The position numbers and the translations under genes are program-made. A stretch of DNA of 59,901 bases, taken from contig DAIMYJ010000001.1 of NCBI GenBank assembly GCA_036734545.1, forward strand, positions 8,875-68,775. The letters run 5' to 3'. The DNA comes from Chitinophagales bacterium. Its GTDB lineage: Bacteria > Bacteroidota > Bacteroidia > Chitinophagales > BACL12. The first letter of the stretch is position 1. Every line of letters starts with the position of its first letter. Below the pieces are notes generated by a model that made no database searches, was not told where the DNA came from, and was given only the letters and a program-made list of their open reading frames with translations. Shown here one piece after another: positions 54,224 to 59,901 of the stretch.

Positions 54224-55903
54224 TTATTTGCGCATCATCCGCTCTTCGAACCAGAACTGTTTGGTATCCAGCCTGAAGGTGCGGGCATCGACGCCGGGGA
54301 TGAAGGTTTGCTGCCATTCCGTTCCGGGGTTGCACCATACCCAGGCACCGTCGGCGTTGGCGAAGCGGAGGGGCATGTTAAAGCCTTCGACATCGGCCAC
54401 CCAGCGGTATTCGAATTGTACCCCGCCGTTCTCTTCCCGGAGCCGGTATTCCAGCTTCGGCAGATCGGCATGGCGCAGATATTGGTCGAACACCTTGGAG
54501 AAGTCCTTCCCTGCCTTGCGGGAGATGTATTGTTCGATCTGCTGGGTTGTAACGGTTTGCATGCCGAAATCCTTCTGTATGCCTCTGATGATGCTCCACC
54601 ACAAGGCATCGTTATCTGTAAGGGTGCGCAGCATGTGCAGCATGACGGCTCCTTTCTGATACATATCGCCGCTGCCTTCGTTGTTCACGCCATAGTCGCC
54701 GATGATGGGGCGGTCGTTAGACACCATACGGCGCATGGCTTTCACGTAGTCATCGGCAGTTTTACGGCCGTGCATACATTCCACGTATATCGCCTCGGAG
54801 TAGGTACAGAATCCTTCATGGATCCACATATCTGCGAGGTCCTGCATGCTCACGTGGTTGCCCCACCACTCGTGGCCGGTCTCGTGGATGATGATATAGT
54901 CGAAGTCCAGGCCTATGCCGGAGAAGTCAAATCCGGCGTATCCGGTCTTGTATCGGTTACCGTAGGCTATCGCGCCCTGGTGTTCCATGCCGAGGTAAGG
55001 TGTTTCCACGAGGGCAAAGCCATCGTTTTTGAACGGGTAAGGGCCGAGGAACTGTTCAAAGCAGGTAAGCATAGGTTTCACCTGCGTGAATTGTTTGCGT
55101 GCGCGGTCCAGGTTGTATTCCATCACATAATAATCCAGCGGGAGCACGGTGCCGTCGGCCATGGTATGCGACTCACTGAAATGGGCGTATTTACCGATAT
55201 TGAGGGTGACATTGTAGTTATTGATGGGATAGCTCATTTCCCAGGTGGTGGCCTTCATGCCTGCGCGCACTGTTTTTTCGGCGATCTGATCGCCATTAGC
55301 GATAGCCATCAGCGTATCCGGGGCGATGAGGGTGATGGTCATGCGTTCAGGTTCATCGCTGAGGTGGTCTTTGTTCGGCCACCACACGCTGGCACCGAGT
55401 CCCTGACAGGACACTGCCACCCAGGGGTTGCCTTTATCGTCGCGATCCCAGCTCATACCGCCATCCCACGGCGGGTTTTTGGCCTCGCGGGGGGTACCTG
55501 CATAGTCTACCGTGAATTTTCCTTTCGTGCCTTTGGTGACGGTGCGCGGGAAGTCCACAAAAACGGCGGCTGCCTCACGAGAGTAGCTGAGCGGTTTGCC
55601 GTTGTAGGTGATCGCAGAGATGGTGAGTTCGGGGAACAGGTCTATCTGCAGTCGCGAGAAATCGGCCATAGCCTCGAAGGAGATGTCGTTGGAGCCTTTG
55701 ATGCTGCGGGTGGGGATATCCACTTCCACGGTCAGGTCATAGGCCTGCACATCATAGCAGGTGCGCTCCGGGCGGAGGCTACCGCGCAGGGTATCCGCGA
55801 GGGTGTATGGCGATTGTTTATCGAATAATTGCGCCGATAAATGATGCACAGAACCGATAAACATCAGGCATAAGGCAGCTGCGGATAACAGGGATCTTGT
55901 CAT
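54224..55903 (-). CDS. M1-family zinc metallopeptidase (aminopeptidase N-like), secreted
   Basis: Signal peptide MTRSLLSAAALCLMFIGSVHHLSAQ. HETGHEWWGN plus WIHEGFCTYSE (HExxH-18-E). A GAMEN-like region YLGMEHQG lies upstream. Confidence 0.9.
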   Translation of the reverse strand: MTRSLLSAAALCLMFIGSVHHLSAQLFDKQSPYTLADTLRGSLRPERTCYDVQAYDLTVEVDIPTRSIKGSNDISFEAMADFSRLQIDLFPELTISAITYNGKPLSYSREAAAVFVDFPRTVTKGTKGKFTVDYAGTPREAKNPPWDGGMSWDRDDKGNPWVAVSCQGLGASVWWPNKDHLSDEPERMTITLIAPDTLMAIANGDQIAEKTVRAGMKATTWEMSYPINNYNVTLNIGKYAHFSESHTMADGTVLPLDYYVMEYNLDRARKQFTQVKPMLTCFEQFLGPYPFKNDGFALVETPYLGMEHQGAIAYGNRYKTGYAGFDFSGIGLDFDYIIIHETGHEWWGNHVSMQDLADMWIHEGFCTYSEAIYVECMHGRKTADDYVKAMRRMVSNDRPIIGDYGVNNEGSGDMYQKGAVMLHMLRTLTDNDALWWSIIRGIQKDFGMQTVTTQQIEQYISRKAGKDFSKVFDQYLRHADLPKLEYRLREENGGVQFEYRWVADVEGFNMPLRFANADGAWVWCNPGTEWQQTFIPGVDARTFRLDTKQFWFEERMMRK

Positions 55904-56104
55904 AGGTGGTCTATAGGATCACAATAATAACGGCTTTCCCGTGAGCAAGGTTAAACATTTAACCCACATTAACGTCACAAACAGATGGACAAGGAATGTG
56001 CCGAAGTCCGAAAACCCCGAATATTTGTCGGAACGGAGTTCTAAAAACCTCTTAACTTTACCTGACATAACACAATATTCACATACGCTTAACCCGCTAT
56101 TTAC

Positions 56105-56506
56105 ATGCATCGCTCCTCTCTATTGGCATCGATCATAGCCCTTTTAGTGATCACCGGCATACAAGGATGCAGCAGTCTTCCCGGCGAAGGCGGCACCAGC
56201 ACCATACAGGGCAAGATCTTCGTGGAACGGTATAATGAGTTTGGCACTTTATATCAGGAATACTATGGCGGTGAGATCCGCGTATACATAGTATACGGCG
56301 ACAATGCAGGGTTTGATGATGAAACACGCACCAGTTACGATGGCACATATAAGTTCCCTTTTCTGAGAAAGGGCAATTACACGATCTTCGCTTACAGCGA
56401 CTGCCTCACCTGTGAAGGCTCTGTGGAGGTGCGTATGACCGAGGTGGAGATCACGGAAAACAATCAGATCGTAGAAGTGCCGGATATCGTAATTGAAAGT
56501 CGCTGA
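56105..56506 (+). CDS. Small lipoprotein with a carboxypeptidase-regulatory-like beta-sandwich (first gene of the VTC operon)
   Basis: Lipobox ITGIQGC. IQGKIFV...TSYDGTYKFPFLRKGNYTIFAY resembles a CarboxypepD_reg-type fold. Confidence 0.7.
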   Translation: MHRSSLLASIIALLVITGIQGCSSLPGEGGTSTIQGKIFVERYNEFGTLYQEYYGGEIRVYIVYGDNAGFDDETRTSYDGTYKFPFLRKGNYTIFAYSDCLTCEGSVEVRMTEVEITENNQIVEVPDIVIESR

Positions 56507-57259
56507 TTGCAATCCCTCGAACACATATTACAAGCGCTCCAGCCCATTTCCCTGAAGGAGATGGACAAGGTGGAGTTGATGAACCGGAAGGATACCAAGT
56601 ATTTTTTCGATCGTAGGAAGCTCCATGACATCCTGGAAGAGTTACAATCGGGTTATAAGGTATTGGAGATCGGCGGACACAGGCTATTCACGTATCGTAA
56701 TATTTACTTTGACACGCCCGGCTTCGATTGTTACACTGCGCATCACAACAAACGTGTGAACCGGTATAAGATCCGCATCCGGCAGTATGTGGAGAGCGAC
56801 CTCAATTTCCTGGAGATCAAGTTCAAGATCAATACAGGTCGTACGATCAAATCGCGTATCCGCATTCCGGAGTTCAATGCTGAGCTCACACCTGAAGCCA
56901 AGGCCTTCATCGCCACGCATACCCCTTATGATCCCGACGCACTGCGTGCCACGTTGCTGAATGACTTCCGCCGTTTCACGCTGGTGAGCAACCGGATGAA
57001 CGAGCGCGCGACCATTGATACTGATCTGCGTTTTCAAACCGATGGCGAAGAAAAGGTTTTGCGCAACCTGTGTATTGCAGAACTCAAGCTCGACAGCAGC
57101 TCTTCAGGTTCGCCCTTTAAGATCGCCATGCGCGAGAACCTATGTCCGGAGACGCGTATCAGCAAGTATAGCGTAGGTGCCGCATTCATGTATGATCATC
57201 TGAAACAGAATAATTTCAAATTCAAGAAACTCCAAATCAATCGCATAGAAAATGTTTAA
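56507..57259 (+). CDS. VTC-domain (polyphosphate-polymerase-like, triphosphate-tunnel fold) protein
   Basis: A TTG at 56507 directly abuts the upstream TGA; the first ATG is at 56561. Motifs LMNRKDTKYFF, YRNIYFDTPGFDCY, RYKIRIRQY, FLEIKFKI and CIAELKLD match bacterial VTC-domain proteins as I remember them. Confidence 0.8.
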   Translation: MQSLEHILQALQPISLKEMDKVELMNRKDTKYFFDRRKLHDILEELQSGYKVLEIGGHRLFTYRNIYFDTPGFDCYTAHHNKRVNRYKIRIRQYVESDLNFLEIKFKINTGRTIKSRIRIPEFNAELTPEAKAFIATHTPYDPDALRATLLNDFRRFTLVSNRMNERATIDTDLRFQTDGEEKVLRNLCIAELKLDSSSSGSPFKIAMRENLCPETRISKYSVGAAFMYDHLKQNNFKFKKLQINRIENV

Positions 57260-57932
57260 CCTATTACTTCAATCCGAAGAGGATGCTAAATTCCTCGACC
57301 TTAAATTCTTTGACGAGGATATTTACGATCTGGTCCTGCGTTCGCTGTTCAATTTCATCATCGTGTTCATTCTGGTGAAGTTCATTTACCGCAGTGACCG
57401 AAAAAATAAGAACTATGCGTTCAGTTTCTATATCTTCAGCATGCTGGTATTCTTCCTGTGCTATCTGCTTTCCGGCATCAAGCTGGAGATGGGATTTGCA
57501 TTCGGGTTGTTTGCCATCTTCAGTATCCTCCGCTATCGGACGATCAGTATACCGATGAAGGAAATGACCTATTTGTTCCTGGTGATCGCTGTAGCCGTTA
57601 TCAATGCGCTTACCACAAAAAAGGTATCCTTCGTTGAATTGTTGTTCACCAACTTCTCACTGGTAGCTGCCACCTATTTCCTGGAGCGCCTGTGGTATCG
57701 CGAAGGGCTGAGTGAACAGATCATCGAATACGAAAAGATCGAGAATATCAAGCCCGACAGGCGTCAGGAGATGCTTGCCGACCTGAAGAACCGGACCGGA
57801 CTCGACATACGCTCTTTTGAGATCCTGACCACCGATTTTCTGCGGGATATGGCCAGGGTGCGTGTATACTTTAAAGCAAAGACCACGGCAGAAGGAGAAG
57901 ATCCGTCCGGTTTTGATGATGACGATGACTAA
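57252..57932 (+). CDS. DUF4956-like polytopic membrane protein
   Basis: 8-nt overlap with the VTC gene (ATGTTTAA). About five TM helices are followed by a soluble C-terminal region with the acidic tail EGEDPSGFDDDDD. Confidence 0.75.
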   Translation: MFNLLLQSEEDAKFLDLKFFDEDIYDLVLRSLFNFIIVFILVKFIYRSDRKNKNYAFSFYIFSMLVFFLCYLLSGIKLEMGFAFGLFAIFSILRYRTISIPMKEMTYLFLVIAVAVINALTTKKVSFVELLFTNFSLVAATYFLERLWYREGLSEQIIEYEKIENIKPDRRQEMLADLKNRTGLDIRSFEILTTDFLRDMARVRVYFKAKTTAEGEDPSGFDDDDD

Positions 57933-58557
57933 ACACGTCCTTACCCTATTGGCCTTTCTGGCGATCATCGGATCTGCGGTTGCGCAGCATACGGATGGCG
58001 CTGTGTGGACCTATACCGGGGTTAAGTTTGAACCTATCAAGGATATATCGGTAGAGGTTGCCGAGGAGTTTCGATACAATGCCTCTGTTGCCGACCTGTA
58101 TCAGTCGAATTCCCATGCCCAGATAAGTTACCGGTTCACGAAAAAGATCAAGGCGGCCGGAGAATACCGTTATTCGGTGCGCGACGGCGGCAACACCCAT
58201 CGCTGGGGCTTCGGGCTGTCGTTCAGGGAAGGGTTCGGCGATCTGGATATCGGTTTTCGCACCAAGTATCAATACAGCACTGCACCTGACGGTGGTGAAG
58301 GGACTGCGTGGCGAAACAAATTTTCTGTTGACTATACCCTCAATAAAGACTGGGCTGTGTTCGGATCGGGTGAGATCTTTTATACGCTGAGCAACGAACT
58401 GGATCAGTTCGACAACCAGCGATATGAGGCCGGAATAGATTTTTCTCCAAACAAACACCACGACCTGACTGTTTCGTATATCTATGATCATGAATTTCAT
58501 GTCAACGAACCGCAGCGCATGTCCATTCTCAGCATCGGCTACGTATATTCCTTTTAA
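57925..58557 (+). CDS. Outer-membrane beta-barrel-like protein (DUF2490-like, tentative)
   Basis: 8-nt overlap with the upstream gene (ATGACTAA). Signal peptide MTKHVLTLLAFLAIIGSAVAQ. Alternating aromatic/polar strands. C-terminal GYVYSF beta-signal. Confidence 0.7.
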   Translation: MTKHVLTLLAFLAIIGSAVAQHTDGAVWTYTGVKFEPIKDISVEVAEEFRYNASVADLYQSNSHAQISYRFTKKIKAAGEYRYSVRDGGNTHRWGFGLSFREGFGDLDIGFRTKYQYSTAPDGGEGTAWRNKFSVDYTLNKDWAVFGSGEIFYTLSNELDQFDNQRYEAGIDFSPNKHHDLTVSYIYDHEFHVNEPQRMSILSIGYVYSF

Positions 58558-58813
58558 AGCGCTTTTAACAGGTGCCTTGCTGATCCTGCATTTGCAGGCC
58601 TTCAGCCAGATCGCCCCATATCAGCCGACAAGTGATACACTCACCATCCCGATCGCATTTATGCGCATGCTGTCGCTGACATCTGAGGTCAGCCCCGACA
58701 GCTCCAATACCGTATTGATCCCCCTACCCGCTTACACACAGGGTTTGTTTTGCGATCTGGAAGACGCCGTGAACAGAAATCGGCGATTGCGCATAGACCT
58801 GGGTGTTAAATAA
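58499..58813 (+). CDS. Questionable small secreted ORF overlapping the 3' end of the barrel gene
   Basis: There is no in-frame ATG downstream of the barrel stop. In-frame ATGs at 58484/58490/58499 would give a signal-like ALLTGALLILHLQAFSQ segment. No family recognised. Confidence 0.25.
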   Translation: MSTNRSACPFSASATYIPFKALLTGALLILHLQAFSQIAPYQPTSDTLTIPIAFMRMLSLTSEVSPDSSNTVLIPLPAYTQGLFCDLEDAVNRNRRLRIDLGVK

Positions 58814-58887
58814 CCCATGGCGGTGACCAAAATCATTCAGTGGTCGGCAGTGTTGTTCTACATTTGCAGGCAATCAAACTCCGGAAC

Positions 58888-59793
58888 ATGAGATCTATAT
58901 CGCGGTTTACCATCAGCGACTGGTTTAAGGGCTTACAGGACCACATCTGCACCCAATTAGAGAAAACCGATGGTAAGGGTGTGTTCGAGGAGGAGTTATG
59001 GCAACGCCCCGGCGGCGGTGGCGGCAGGACCCGCATCATCCATAATGCGAATATCATTGAAAAAGGCGGTGTGAATTTTTCTGAGGTGCACGGCATCTTA
59101 CCCGCCCGGATAGCCAATGCCCTGGAGGTGCACGGACATGATTTTTTTGCCACCGGCGTATCCATTGTATTACATCCGTTCAGTCCGATGGTGCCCATCA
59201 TACACATGAACGTGCGGTATTTTGAGGTGAGCAGCGGCGAAAAATGGTTTGGCGGCGGCATCGACCTAACGCCGATCTATATTGATAAAGCGCAGGCACG
59301 GTATTTTCACGAGCAATTGCAAAACGTTTGCGACGCGCATCATCCTGCTTATTACAAGGAATTTAAAAAGTGGGCCGATGACTATTTCTACATCAAGCAT
59401 CGTCAGGAGACGCGCGGCATTGGCGGAATTTTCTTTGACCGCTTAGTAGAGACCGAGCAGATCACACTGGCACAGCGTTTTCATTTCGTGCAGGACGTTG
59501 GGAATCTGTTTGCCGATGTGTATACACATCTCATGCAGCTCAACAAGGACATCCCTTACGGTAAAAATGAAAAGCAATTCCAGCTCCTGCGCAGAGGACG
59601 TTATGCAGAGTTCAACCTGGTGTATGACAAAGGCACAAAGTTCGGGCTGGAAACGGACGGGCGCACGGAATCCATCCTGATGAGCCTTCCGCCGGAAGCC
59701 AGCTGGGTGTACAATTTCCAACCGCAACCCGGCAGTCGTGAAGAACAAACGCAGGCGCTGCTAAAAAAAGGTGTTGACTGGATCTATCTCTGA
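58888..59793 (+). CDS. hemF: Oxygen-dependent coproporphyrinogen III oxidase
   Basis: Motifs RPGGGGGRTRI, GVNFSEVHG, HPFSPMVPIIHMNVRYFE, WFGGGIDLTP and RGIGGIFFD are typical of HemF. The ATG at 58888 is preferred. Confidence 0.92.
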   Translation: MRSISRFTISDWFKGLQDHICTQLEKTDGKGVFEEELWQRPGGGGGRTRIIHNANIIEKGGVNFSEVHGILPARIANALEVHGHDFFATGVSIVLHPFSPMVPIIHMNVRYFEVSSGEKWFGGGIDLTPIYIDKAQARYFHEQLQNVCDAHHPAYYKEFKKWADDYFYIKHRQETRGIGGIFFDRLVETEQITLAQRFHFVQDVGNLFADVYTHLMQLNKDIPYGKNEKQFQLLRRGRYAEFNLVYDKGTKFGLETDGRTESILMSLPPEASWVYNFQPQPGSREEQTQALLKKGVDWIYL

Positions 59794-59799
59794 TATCGG

Positions 59800-59901
59800 T
59801 CAGTTACAATTCAAAAAGATCAGTGCTGTGGAATCCGTGTTACTGATGTGTCCGGCGCGGTCGCGGATGTAGATCTTATAGTAGAAGGTATCCACGGGAT
59901 C
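59800..59901 (-). CDS. 3' end of a minus-strand gene running off the window (partial)
   Basis: An open frame from the window edge reads DPVDTFYYKIYIRDRAGHISNTDSTALIFLNCN, ending at a TGA at 59802-59800. It is too short to classify. Confidence 0.3.
   Translation of the reverse strand, partial: DPVDTFYYKIYIRDRAGHISNTDSTALIFLNCN

Noticed and set aside
54215-55828. 537-aa + strand ORF antisense to the M1 metallopeptidase gene
   Set aside because: Same reasoning: the minus-strand product has the unambiguous HExxH-18-E M1 signature, while the antisense product is low-complexity (H/G/V/A/R-rich) with no motifs.
55919-56138. Short ORFs (63 and 65 aa) within the leader region upstream of the VTC operon
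   Set aside because: They overlap each other on opposite strands and have no signal, TM or motif content. They sit in what looks like a regulatory region.
1-59901. Searched for CRISPR arrays, tRNA/rRNA genes, transposases, integrases, phage or toxin-antitoxin modules
   Set aside because: There are no regularly spaced direct repeats, no T-loop (GGTTCGAATCC-like) motifs in intergenic regions, and no ORF with DDE, tyrosine-recombinase or serine-recombinase hallmarks. Apart from about 240 nt at 40420-40656, the intergenic regions are at most about 200 nt, and they are explained by promoters or terminators.

Overview
This window looks like a chromosomal segment of a Bacteroidota genome. That assignment is inferred from five T9SS C-terminal sorting domains (types A and B), a DUF5686/CarboxypepD_reg protein, TAnnTTTG -7 promoter boxes and mostly absent Shine-Dalgarno sequences. 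About 58 protein-coding genes are supported. Housekeeping genes (nth, ilvE, rdgB, crcB, etfAB, tilS, mdh, secG, lptE, miaB, lepB, rlmH, ltaE, hemF) are interleaved with many envelope and secreted proteins. I saw no rRNA, tRNA, CRISPR array, transposase, integrase or prophage signature. All domain names come from motif recognition by eye, since no database search was possible.

Candidates for something undescribed, in order of interest:
1. 56105-58813: a translationally coupled operon of lipoprotein, VTC (polyphosphate-polymerase-like) protein, DUF4956 membrane protein and beta-barrel protein. It could be an envelope-spanning polyphosphate or anionic-polymer system.
2. 30588-35272: a small secreted protein coupled to two paralogous type-B T9SS surface proteins that share an unrecognised ~300-aa head domain.
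3. 67-5553: a 1.8-kaa T9SS cargo built from three tandem ~1.87-kb super-modules.
4. 38893-40419: a Tat-exported lipoprotein with a multicopper-oxidase fold but degenerate copper ligands, lying next to an MMPL/RND exporter and an unknown lipoprotein.

None of these is proven, and each needs homology, structure and co-occurrence checks.
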